Shown: positions 28,324-36,941 of the stretch, one piece after another
Numbering within the stretch: position 1 is the first letter of the stretch
Layout: the number at the start of each line of letters is the position of its first letter
Source of the DNA: a virus
Taxonomy: Duplodnaviria > Caudoviricetes
DNA length: 64,000 nucleotides
Reading direction: 5' to 3' (one strand)
IMG/VR virus record: IMGVR_UViG_3300044656_000123
Coordinates: 32,119 to 96,118 of that record
The notes under the pieces: generated by a model
What the model saw: only the letters and a program-made list of their open reading frames with translations
What the model was told of the DNA's origin: nothing
Databases searched by the model: none
Program-made: the position numbers and the translations under genes

Positions 28324-28566
28324 ATGCATACAGGATTTTACACGGGCTATCAATCATTACGCGTCAAGGTTATACGCTTTTCTGCTAAGCAGTGTATTGT
28401 AGCTACTCAACTTATCATCTTTGGTGATAAGGGACAATGGAAGTTAAAACTAGTCGATATGTCCAAAGATGACTACGCTAAAAAACTGATGGCTACAGAT
28501 AACAAACGTTGGATGTACACAGGCAAGGATAGAAGTCAATATTTTTTCTGGTGTGATATCCGTTAA
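28324..28566 (+). CDS. hypothetical protein
   Basis: AAGGAG SD. Confidence 0.65.
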   Translation: MHTGFYTGYQSLRVKVIRFSAKQCIVATQLIIFGDKGQWKLKLVDMSKDDYAKKLMATDNKRWMYTGKDRSQYFFWCDIR

Positions 28567-28641
28567 TCTAGCTTGCTGGTGTGCAATCTAGCACACCAGC
28601 ATTAAAGCCTGAACGTAGGTAGAAAGTAAGGAGCAACAACA

Positions 28642-30489
28642 ATGGCAAGTACTAAATGTTTCAATTGCAAAAATCATCATAGTGGGACACTAGAGGCCGG
28701 GTGCAATGATGGTCATAGACACCGTATATGTCCCGATTGCACAACACGTTGCACCGTTGACGGTATTGTACAGCTTGAAAACGTCAAAAGTACAATGTCA
28801 AACGAAAAAGCACGCGTAGCTATGACAAGCGTTAAATGTTTCGTTTGTGGTAACGCTGGTGAGCACGTTCTAGTGCCTTGCTCAGATGGCAAAAAACACC
28901 GTGTTTGTGAAACCTGCACAAAACATTGTGAGGTACTAGGCACTGTCGATCTCAATGGCGAAAAAGCGTACTTGCTTAAGCAGAATAAGCGCAACGTGCA
29001 ATTTCAGGCTATCAATCCCGTCAATCATAGCGTAGTCTATCAATTTGACCTTCCTGTCGCCAAAGATGAAAATTTTGACAAGAATATTGCAGACATGACA
29101 ACACACCTTATAGAAAAAGCACACGGTGATAAATACGGTGTTATCAGGAGCAAAGAAGATTTAAACAATATCAGGATAGAGGTCTCTGTATCATTAGGTG
29201 ACACCGTTGAATCATCGTTTTTTAGTTTCTCACTACTAAACGCAGTAGAGGACCATGAGGAAAAAGCTAGAGCCTACGCACAAGATTTTTTTGCAACTGC
29301 ACAAAAAAATTACAGAATCTCGGATGTGTACTTACTGCGTGCTAGCCTTGAGTACTTCAAAAATACAAGTTTTGTCAGCGTCAAGTACTTAAGAAAGTTC
29401 TTTCATGATGCATTTAAAGCAGAATACAAGCGGCTTTATGATGAGTACAAGACACCAGCTAAGCAGGAAGTGATAACCGTCTCTTTGCCTACTCCTGATC
29501 AGGATGAAATTACACCAGAAGATGAAACACCAGCAAAAACACCGTTTACACAGTTCTTAGCGCAAGCACGCGGTACAATGAAAACGTGTGATTTTTGCGG
29601 TAAAGAGGATTATATGCTTAACATGGATATTGTGCAGACTAGCAAGGGTGACGCAAAACCGTTTTGCAATGATTGCATAATAGCTCACATGCAAGGGGGT
29701 ATCTTTGTGTATCCTACTCCTGTTATGTTCCCTGATGATGTACAGGAGCAAGCAGAGATTAACGCGCAAGCTTTTTACGCTAGACACAACGATGCATCTT
29801 TGCGTGAAATCAATGAAGAAATGGACAATCATACACGCGGGTTTTCTCTGCACATGCTACAAGAGTATGAAACCGCGTTTAAGACTGCGTACTATGGCCT
29901 CTTTACTAAAGACAATCCGGTAAAGATTGATCTTAGACAGTCACCAGCTATAGAGCCGTGTTCTATCCCTGATCAGGAGAATATAACCATCTCACCAGTA
30001 ACTTTTAAGTCTGCAAAGTCAAGCGCAATAGCCGCAAAGATCAGGAAGAATGCACTCAAGTATACAGCACGCGGTATATCACTGCTAATCATTGCAATCA
30101 TGGCTTGCTCAGTCTTTGGCCTAGCTCATAGCTTGACAACACATGCTCAGACAAGCGGTACATGTAAAGCGTACGTTCATCATGCCGGGTGGTATGTTCG
30201 CGGCTATGGCAGTGATACCACGTACGGATATCATAGCGCCTCACCTAATAGCGTTTATGGGGGTGACGTTCCGCCTAGCTCGTTACATTGTCCTAATAAC
30301 CCTTACAATGGGACTACAATGAATAATAGCGCCTCTAGCACACCAGCAAGTACTAGCACACCAGCAAGTACACACAAGCACGCTAAGAAGCATCACAGGA
30401 GCAAGAAACATCATTCTAGCAAACACACGACTAGCACCAATACACCAGCAAGCACCCCTACCTATAGCTGTATATTGGTGCAAAAGTAA
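28642..30489 (+). CDS. multidomain membrane protein: tandem Zn fingers, TM helix, Ser/Thr/Pro- and His/Lys-rich tail
   Basis: Two CxxC-CxDG-H-CxxC modules, a further CxxC pair, TM GISLLIIAIMACSVFGLA, TPAST repeats. Confidence 0.8.
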   Translation: MASTKCFNCKNHHSGTLEAGCNDGHRHRICPDCTTRCTVDGIVQLENVKSTMSNEKARVAMTSVKCFVCGNAGEHVLVPCSDGKKHRVCETCTKHCEVLGTVDLNGEKAYLLKQNKRNVQFQAINPVNHSVVYQFDLPVAKDENFDKNIADMTTHLIEKAHGDKYGVIRSKEDLNNIRIEVSVSLGDTVESSFFSFSLLNAVEDHEEKARAYAQDFFATAQKNYRISDVYLLRASLEYFKNTSFVSVKYLRKFFHDAFKAEYKRLYDEYKTPAKQEVITVSLPTPDQDEITPEDETPAKTPFTQFLAQARGTMKTCDFCGKEDYMLNMDIVQTSKGDAKPFCNDCIIAHMQGGIFVYPTPVMFPDDVQEQAEINAQAFYARHNDASLREINEEMDNHTRGFSLHMLQEYETAFKTAYYGLFTKDNPVKIDLRQSPAIEPCSIPDQENITISPVTFKSAKSSAIAAKIRKNALKYTARGISLLIIAIMACSVFGLAHSLTTHAQTSGTCKAYVHHAGWYVRGYGSDTTYGYHSASPNSVYGGDVPPSSLHCPNNPYNGTTMNNSASSTPASTSTPASTHKHAKKHHRSKKHHSSKHTTSTNTPASTPTYSCILVQK

Positions 30490-30490
30490 C

Positions 30491-30545
30491 TTGACATATG
30501 CGTCAAGGCATGCGACAATAAAAATAAAAACATGCCTTGACGCAT
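30491..30545 (+). promoter_or_regulatory. promoter with operator duplicated in inverted orientation
   Basis: TTGACA-17-GACAAT; ATGCGTCAAGGCATG (30498-30512) and its exact reverse complement (30531-30545). Confidence 0.75.
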
Positions 30546-30563
30546 GGATAAGGAGTGTCAACA

Positions 30564-30671
30564 ATGGCTCTAGTGATGTTTGCGATACTGAGCATAGGCG
30601 CAAGTATCCATTTTCGTATCATGGTAAAGTTAGACAGTACACCAGATAGTGAGGTAGTGACATGGAAGTAA
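30564..30671 (+). CDS. 35-aa hydrophobic peptide (not in track)
   Basis: Leader AAGGAGTGTCAACAATGGCT identical to 27501-27520. Confidence 0.55.
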   Translation: MALVMFAILSIGASIHFRIMVKLDSTPDSEVVTWK

Positions 30672-31171
30672 TTATCATAGCCGGGTGTATCCTGATAGTG
30701 TGTTGTATTCTCTGTTTTGACTTGCTAGAGATTGCAGTAAGGCGTTTATTGCTGGTGTCTATCCTGATCTTTGCGGCTATGCTTCTTGCTCCTGTCTACT
30801 TTTGCATAGGGCTTTATCAGGGATTCACACAGGACAAACAGCAAGCTAGAGACAATGCAGAGAAAATCAATCAAGCGTGCTCTAGTCTTTGGCGTATCTA
30901 CTGTAAAGCGTGGTCTATCCCTGTCAAGGTCTTTATGATAGAGCCTCACATCAATAAAGCCGTGAAATCTGGTATTAAAGACGGTCTAGCTTTTAGACGT
31001 TGGAGCAAGCGTACACAATTGAACCCTAATCACCCCTACACAGTATTACATCCTGCTAGGTCATTTGTTAAAGCTATGCCTTATATCATGCACAAGTACT
31101 CACAAAAGGCACAAGGCAAGAAGCCGTTAGACCCGGAAAGAATAGAAACGTTGTGGGATATCTTGCCATAA
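30662..31171 (+). CDS. membrane protein
   Basis: Two N-terminal TM segments; GAGGT SD. Confidence 0.7.
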   Translation: MEVIIIAGCILIVCCILCFDLLEIAVRRLLLVSILIFAAMLLAPVYFCIGLYQGFTQDKQQARDNAEKINQACSSLWRIYCKAWSIPVKVFMIEPHINKAVKSGIKDGLAFRRWSKRTQLNPNHPYTVLHPARSFVKAMPYIMHKYSQKAQGKKPLDPERIETLWDILP

Positions 31172-31185
31172 GGAGAATAAAGAGC

Positions 31186-31434
31186 ATGTCAAGGTTATAC
31201 GGTTCTAAGACTGCGTACTTATCTAGTACTGATCAATGGTCACAAAACATGTGTGAAAATGCTCAGAACGTACAAGTACATATCTATGATTGTATGTACG
31301 AACATGAGAAAGCAGAGAAACCTATACACGATAAAGCCGCTATGTCCTTACGTGGCAAGTGGGCATTAATTCACATCGGTTTCTCTCTGCAATCGCTTAT
31401 CTTTGGCAGTGTAGACAAAGATCTTATTTTTTAG
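31186..31434 (+). CDS. hypothetical protein
   Basis: AAGGAG SD. Confidence 0.65.
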   Translation: MSRLYGSKTAYLSSTDQWSQNMCENAQNVQVHIYDCMYEHEKAEKPIHDKAAMSLRGKWALIHIGFSLQSLIFGSVDKDLIF

Positions 31435-31472
31435 CTGGTGACATTGACAACTATCATAGGAGTAATACAAAC

Positions 31473-32672
31473 ATGCAATTTAACTTGAATCACGCGTTTA
31501 TAGCTGATGCTATAGAGCAAGGGGACAATGTACCTGTCAATACGGCTATGGACGTGTCACAAGACAGGATTAATTTAGAGGCTATACCAGATATAGAGCC
31601 TGTTTATGTCATTCCTTACTTGGCTTGTAAGGGGAATGTTACCATGCTTGCTGGTGACAAGGGGATAGGAAAAACGTTTCTTACTACAAAGATAGCTAGT
31701 GATGTTTCTAACGGTGCAATGTGGTATACGGGCAAAAAACTAGACAAAGAAGCGGTACTGTTTATTAATGTGGAAGATGATAAACGTACAATACGTGTAC
31801 GTGTACGTGACCATAGCGGATTATGGTCTAATATCCATTACTTCAATGAAATAACCATCAATAACCCGCAATCAAGTCAAAAGGTAGCCAAGTCACCTTT
31901 TGAGTTACCACGTGATTTTACTTGGCTTGACAATGCAATAAAGTTCTACGGTATAGGTCTAGTGATGATAGACAACGTAGGGGCATGTTTTCACAATGCG
32001 GATAGCAACGACTATGTACGCAAAAACATCATGCTACCATTGCAAGGTCTAGCTAGGTCTAATGACGTTGCTATCCTCCTGATCAATCATCGCAATGATA
32101 ACACTGTGAGGAAAACGGACAATTCAGCTAGCAATACAAATTTGCTTAAGAGCATAGCGCATGCCAAGAGTATTAGCGATGTCGCTAGAGCCGTGTTTTA
32201 TGCCTATATACCGGATGAAAACCCCGATCTAGTGTACATTAAGTGCATAAAAACTAACATGTTCAAAATGTCTGCTTTCCCTATGACTGCGTACACTATG
32301 CTCACGAATCAGGACAATAAAACAGTCTGTATATTCTTAGATGAAACTGGCATAGCTAAGGGTGTACAGTCTTTGTTACCTGCACACTCAAGAATGTTGA
32401 ATAATCCGTGTGCAACGTTAGAGGACACGGAAAATACCATCATTAACATAGTTGGCAACTATACAGAAGTGACACAAACAAAGATTATACAAGCACTTGG
32501 AAAGTTTAGAGACCCTCTAGAATTGTACGGCGTTATTGGAAAGTTAATTCGTGAAAATAAGATAGAGAGGGACAAAGACGGGTTTTTAGTGTTCACTTTT
32601 GCAGTTCAACAAGCTTGGAACGATTATGTAGCTATGCAACAATCTTCCTTACCTAGTCCCTCACAACCATGA
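31473..32672 (+). CDS. AAA_25/RecA-like ATPase (RepA-type helicase-like)
   Basis: Walker A GDKGIGKT, FINVED, Walker B LVMIDN, ILLINH; AGGAG SD before ATG 31473. Confidence 0.85.
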   Translation: MQFNLNHAFIADAIEQGDNVPVNTAMDVSQDRINLEAIPDIEPVYVIPYLACKGNVTMLAGDKGIGKTFLTTKIASDVSNGAMWYTGKKLDKEAVLFINVEDDKRTIRVRVRDHSGLWSNIHYFNEITINNPQSSQKVAKSPFELPRDFTWLDNAIKFYGIGLVMIDNVGACFHNADSNDYVRKNIMLPLQGLARSNDVAILLINHRNDNTVRKTDNSASNTNLLKSIAHAKSISDVARAVFYAYIPDENPDLVYIKCIKTNMFKMSAFPMTAYTMLTNQDNKTVCIFLDETGIAKGVQSLLPAHSRMLNNPCATLEDTENTIINIVGNYTEVTQTKIIQALGKFRDPLELYGVIGKLIRENKIERDKDGFLVFTFAVQQAWNDYVAMQQSSLPSPSQP

Positions 32673-32985
32673 TTCTTTGCTCAGTTAGAGCCGTTTTTAG
32701 GGGCTTTACAGAGCTTAGACTAGGTAAGATACTAGGCTCTAGAGTAAAGCCCCTAAATCGTGCCTACAGGAGCAATAAACACTATATGCACACTGCACAT
32801 AACCATAGTACTATACACAGTAGGCATACAGTACTATACACACCAGCTATACACAGTACATACTGAGCAAGAAGTAAGGAGCAAGCGCAATGTACACACA
32901 ACACACCACACAGTACAGAGCACACCAGCTTACACAGTCTGCACACTACACACCAGCTATGTCTGCACTCTACCTCTACATAATG

Positions 32986-33179
32986 TTAGGCGCAACTAAT
33001 AACAACGTTAGCACAATGCACAACTATGTATCATGCATAGCTACCTCGGTGTTTTGTGTAGTACCTACATTTTTGTTAGGAGTCCCTATAATCAAGTCAA
33101 TTTCTAAGATAACATTATTGTTAGTCACACCTAATCACATTGTTTAGACTGGACTAACACCAGAGTTAGACGCGGCTAA
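32986..33179. repeat. TTAG-N6-CTAA dyad array
   Basis: Perfect copies at 32986, 33121, 33144 and 33166; one-mismatch copy at 33076. Confidence 0.75.
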
Positions 33180-33399
33180 TTTTTCCTGGTGTTGTGCCTA
33201 ACACAGCTTGGTGGATAGAAACACCGAACTAAAATAAAGATTCTAGTTATAATCGAATTTCGGCGCGTTTAAAAGGCCGCTCAAAGGTGCTGGCAAGCGG
33301 CCTAACAAGGTAGTAACTGTCAATAGCACTATAAAGATAGAGGCTTACAATGCTCCCCACCTACCTTGTTCAGAGAGTATACAACGCAAGAAGGCCCGG

Positions 33400-34050
33400 A
33401 GTCCAGCACAACAAACAGTTTTGTGGATGGTCCACAAAACTGTACAAAAATCCACAAAACTGCATGACGCGGCTCTACAGGCTTTGTCAAGGTACCACAA
33501 AAATACAAAATCCCTAATTTTTCCACAAATTTGTCCAACGCACTCAGCCCGCTCTACAGGCCGATCCAAGGCATATTTTAGCAAAATTGTGGAAGAAAAT
33601 GGACCCTTACAAAAATATCCACAAAAATCAATGCAAAGAGACCCCTATATAGCAAAAAAGTGACGTTTTAAAATAAAACCAAAAAGAACTTATATTATAT
33701 TATTTATATATATATGTATATATAGTAATTATTACTTATATATAGTCTTATATTTTTGTAAGCATATTTCCTTGCATTGATTTTTATTTTTGTATGTCGG
33801 TATCCAGTCGTCCACATTTTTGCATTGATATTCCTTCCCCCTTTTTCTTCCACATTTTTGTCAAAAATATGCCTCGCGCCGCTCCCCACCTGCCCTGAGT
33901 GCCTTGGACAAATTTGTGGAAAATTGGTATATACCAGTGCTGTGAAAAAGCTTCCCCGTTGGCTTCACACACTTTTGTGGAAAATGGCGCATATTTGTGG
34001 ATTTCCACAAATCCGTCAAAATGCGGCCTTCCATAATTCTGCATACCCCA
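33400..34050. other. putative replication origin with DnaA-box-like repeats and AT-rich core
   Basis: TTWTNCACA matches at 33519, 33915, 33941 and 33976 plus about 8 TCCACA/TGTGGA variants; AT-rich 33665-33790; 20-bp inverted repeat 33519-33538/33904-33923. Confidence 0.65.
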
Positions 34051-34225
34051 CAGAATGCCCCTTGCACTGACTGACCCCCTACGTCAAAAATGGCGAAGTA
34101 GGATACCATCTAGGTTCACTGTAGTAGCTTTATTCGTACAGCCTGAAACGAAGAAGGGCCTTGCAAACCCTCGGTAGGTACAATCACCCATCGAAGCTCT
34201 ACAAGGCCCCTAAAATGTTGTGTTT

Positions 34226-35194
34226 CTAGGAGTTTGGCTTGTTTCGCATCACTGTAGCGCGGCTAATTTCTAGCATTTGCGCGATTTTACCATCAGTAAC
34301 CTTCTCGCCTTTGGCCTCAAGCTCTTTTATAGCGTCTGCAATGCGCTGAGCGGTGCTTGGCTTTCCACCTTTTTGCACTTCCACAATTTTGCGTACAACG
34401 TCAGGTTTACGTTTTTGTGGAAACTGCGGCATTGTAATGATGGTAGCCTGATCATCGTTAGCTTCTTCCACAATTTTGCTATCGGCAGGTGCCTCAATCT
34501 GTGCTTGCGGCGCAGTTGTGATCTCTGTTGGCGTGGCTTCTTCAATGTTAACAGTCAGATCTTCTTTAACGCTTAAGAAGAAGCTTGGAATACGAATATC
34601 GGTAAAGTCGTAGCTGTGTATTCTGGCAACGCCGAGAAAGCCGACGACTGCAATGGCTCTAGTCAAAGACAGGACCCAAAGCGGAAACGGGTTAACACCA
34701 ATGTCGGTCATCGGTAAATGCGCAGCAGTAGCTAGGCTGTCAATGTATGTCACGGCTCCGGCGTTAAAGCCAAGAAGCCCGGTTAGTACAAAGTAGATCA
34801 GAGCTTGCACCCAATTTTTACCGCGCAGCGATTCAAGGAAATTTACCAGTACGACGCCGAAACCAGCGTCGATAGCTATAGCTTGGAGCCATGCCCAACA
34901 CTGAGAGAGCCAGGGCATTGACGCAACAAGAGCGCCGCCTGTCAGGTAGTTGACCATGCTTATGACTAACGCTAGGACAATGAGTAGTTCTGATGCCTGC
35001 ACAACAAGGTCAAAGATAAAATTTTTGAGGTTTTTGAGCCACGACAATTCCCCAAATTTGCGTAAGAACCATGCAGCGTGCTTTACCCATTTCGGAAAGG
35101 TCGGGGCATCTTCATTTTCCACATTTTTGCGTGCAACCTTGTGTATAACTTTGTTCTGTGCAACTTTATCCGTAGACATAGTAACGTTCTCCAT
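34226..35194 (-). CDS. multi-TM protein with C-terminal HTH (Spd/DUF2637-like architecture)
   Basis: About four TM segments, acidic linker, TDGKIAQMLEISRATVMRNK. Confidence 0.7.
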   Translation of the reverse strand: MENVTMSTDKVAQNKVIHKVARKNVENEDAPTFPKWVKHAAWFLRKFGELSWLKNLKNFIFDLVVQASELLIVLALVISMVNYLTGGALVASMPWLSQCWAWLQAIAIDAGFGVVLVNFLESLRGKNWVQALIYFVLTGLLGFNAGAVTYIDSLATAAHLPMTDIGVNPFPLWVLSLTRAIAVVGFLGVARIHSYDFTDIRIPSFFLSVKEDLTVNIEEATPTEITTAPQAQIEAPADSKIVEEANDDQATIITMPQFPQKRKPDVVRKIVEVQKGGKPSTAQRIADAIKELEAKGEKVTDGKIAQMLEISRATVMRNKPNS

Positions 35195-35207
35195 CCTTTG
35201 AAAAGTT

Positions 35208-35399
35208 TTAATCTTCGGTCACGATATCGCCTTCTCTAAGCTCCTGCTCAGTAACAAAGGCGACCTGTTCACCTTCCGGGTTTTCAGCTATGACGCGGTA
35301 ATATACGTCGTCGGGTGAACTGTGTGTAGGAGTAGCGCGAGTGACCGTGTACCCCTTATTGTCATGGTCTTGCAGTTTGCCGAGTAACCATCCTATCAT
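35208..35399 (-). CDS. hypothetical protein
   Basis: AAGGAG SD before MIGWLL. Confidence 0.65.
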   Translation of the reverse strand: MIGWLLGKLQDHDNKGYTVTRATPTHSSPDDVYYRVIAENPEGEQVAFVTEQELREGDIVTED

Positions 35400-35665
35400 C
35401 TGTATAGCTCCTTTGGACTCCATTCATAGTTGTTATCGCCCCGGTAACGTACCAGATCGCCCGGTTTGATAGCAGCATTTGTACTGAGTTGAATCTGCTC
35501 TTGTTTGTAGTTCAGCGCAATGACGTGGTTATTGCCAAGCACGCGCCTCACGTTAATAACAGTGTAGATCTCCGAGTCTCGCCTGAACAGCCTTTTTAGC
35601 TGCCTGCAAAGATTGCCCATTAGATCTAACATAGTCACAAGTAAATGCATTAGCGCCGTACTCAT
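35396..35665 (-). CDS. hypothetical protein, start uncertain
   Basis: Stop overlaps the next start; resembles the downstream small gene (YTV...GDLV/GDIV). Confidence 0.5.
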   Translation of the reverse strand: MSTALMHLLVTMLDLMGNLCRQLKRLFRRDSEIYTVINVRRVLGNNHVIALNYKQEQIQLSTNAAIKPGDLVRYRGDNNYEWSPKELYR

Positions 35666-36287
35666 TCCAGTCCCCTTGTAGCCGTAAGTTCTTGTAACTG
35701 TTCGTGTTAAGCTCTGACACTAGGTAGCGCCAGCGTTTATCAAAGTCTCCTGAGATGCCAACATGGTGCATCATGGTAGGCTTACATGTTAACACATATA
35801 CGGCTTCGCATGCAAGATCGTAATTTTTGTTGCCTTTTGTCTTGCCTAGATCGTCAAGGCTTTTGCGCTCGAACACCGGGACACTTCGCAAAAGCGATTC
35901 GCGTGTTTTGTAGATGTTTTTATGACCACAAATGTAATCTGAGTACAAGACGTGGAGCCTGTTTAAGTAGTCCCGGTCTGTTTCGTCAGCGTAACGCCTG
36001 ATTGTCTCTGCGATGCCGACGCGAAACCTGCTTAGCCCATATAACTGAATATCAGCTAAGAACTCAGGGCAGACGATTTTGCAGTTACGCATGCGATACG
36101 TAAGCTTATGTACGTGATCCCATACGTCTAAGCTGTGTGCTACGTACTGTTTGCGCGTCGGCAGGCACGTTGCAACGATAATGCCAGCTTCAACGTCGTG
36201 AAGTTTCTTAAATCTTCCGCCTTCCCCGCGCTTTCTCGCTTGCGCAATTTGGCTCATTCTTGGAGATTTTTCACCCTTTTTCGGCAT
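35553..36287 (-). CDS. GIY-YIG homing-endonuclease-like protein with two tandem domains
   Basis: AGIIVATC...QYVAHS...LYG..RF and AVYVLTC...HVGISGDFDKRW...NLRLQGDWNEYGANAF. Confidence 0.75.
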   Translation of the reverse strand: MPKKGEKSPRMSQIAQARKRGEGGRFKKLHDVEAGIIVATCLPTRKQYVAHSLDVWDHVHKLTYRMRNCKIVCPEFLADIQLYGLSRFRVGIAETIRRYADETDRDYLNRLHVLYSDYICGHKNIYKTRESLLRSVPVFERKSLDDLGKTKGNKNYDLACEAVYVLTCKPTMMHHVGISGDFDKRWRYLVSELNTNSYKNLRLQGDWNEYGANAFTCDYVRSNGQSLQAAKKAVQARLGDLHCY

Positions 36288-36387
36288 TTTTCTACCTAAA
36301 ACTTGAAAATATTGAGGATGAAAGAAACATCGCTAATAGGTCGTCCACATCAACAAAATTAACGTTTTATCATCATCCTCTTGACAT

Positions 36388-36416
36388 ATTGTACAGTATT
36401 TATTACAAGTTGTCAA
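36388..36416 (-). promoter_or_regulatory. sigma70-type promoter for the GIY-YIG operon
   Basis: Minus-strand TTGACA-17-TACAAT inside the inverted repeat CTCTTGACA/TGTCAAGAG. Confidence 0.75.
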
Positions 36417-36427
36417 GAGATATAGGC

Positions 36428-36545
36428 AAAATAAAAGAGTCAAGTGTAAGTTGACTCTTTTAAAGTATGGCGATGCTGGAAGGCTGTCGCTAATACCATG
36501 TCAGCCTGCGGTTTCTTGTACCAGAAAAAACCAGAAATGTCAATT
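36428..36545 (-). ncRNA. putative small RNA, unit 1
   Basis: Promoter TTGCAT-17-TACACT (36580-36552) plus a second TGcTATAAT (36594-36586); terminator AAAAGAGTCAA/TTGACTCTTTT at about 36433-36460. Confidence 0.6.
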
Positions 36546-36605
36546 GCGCTGAGTGTATCAGAAAAGCGCGGAAAATGCAACATTGATTATAGCATGGTGG
36601 AAGGC

Positions 36606-36765
36606 AAAATAAAAGAGCCGCCATAGCATTTCTGCTACGTTCTCACGCGGCTCTCTCGATGCAGCTAGGAGTTTGACCGCTCCCTACTGTCTACGCGGTT
36701 GGAATAAGTCTTTACATGCAATTCGCCTCAGAGAAGCACCCGTTCTTTCGGCACGCCTTTGGCAT
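36606..36765 (-). ncRNA. putative small RNA, unit 2
   Basis: TGcTATGAT (36780-36772); terminator stem AGAGCCGC/GCGGCTCT with U-tract; internal GGAG-TTTGACCG-CTCC hairpin. Confidence 0.6.
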
Positions 36766-36791
36766 GAACGTATCATAGCACAGCCGAGCAT

Positions 36792-36914
36792 AAAAATAAA
36801 GGGCTACCTGCACGTAACCCTTTATCGTCAGAGGCGAAATGTTACTGTCGCTACTGCTATGTCAGCGTTTATTGAATGAAAGGAATAACAAGTGTGGAAA
36901 ACAACCTGTCCATA
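36792..36914 (-). ncRNA. putative small RNA, unit 3
   Basis: TGtTATACT (36929-36921); terminator ATAAAGGG/CCCTTTAT with U-tract. Confidence 0.6.
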
Positions 36915-36941
36915 AGGCTAAGTATAACATATTGCACAGCA

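Noticed and set aside
31359-31473. Frameshift fusion of 31186..31434 to the AAA ATPase
   Set aside because: The ATPase has its own AGGAG and ATG at 31473, so no shift is needed
32669-34109. Short ORFs in the origin/terminus region
   Set aside because: Low-complexity translations of DNA repeats without coherent SDs
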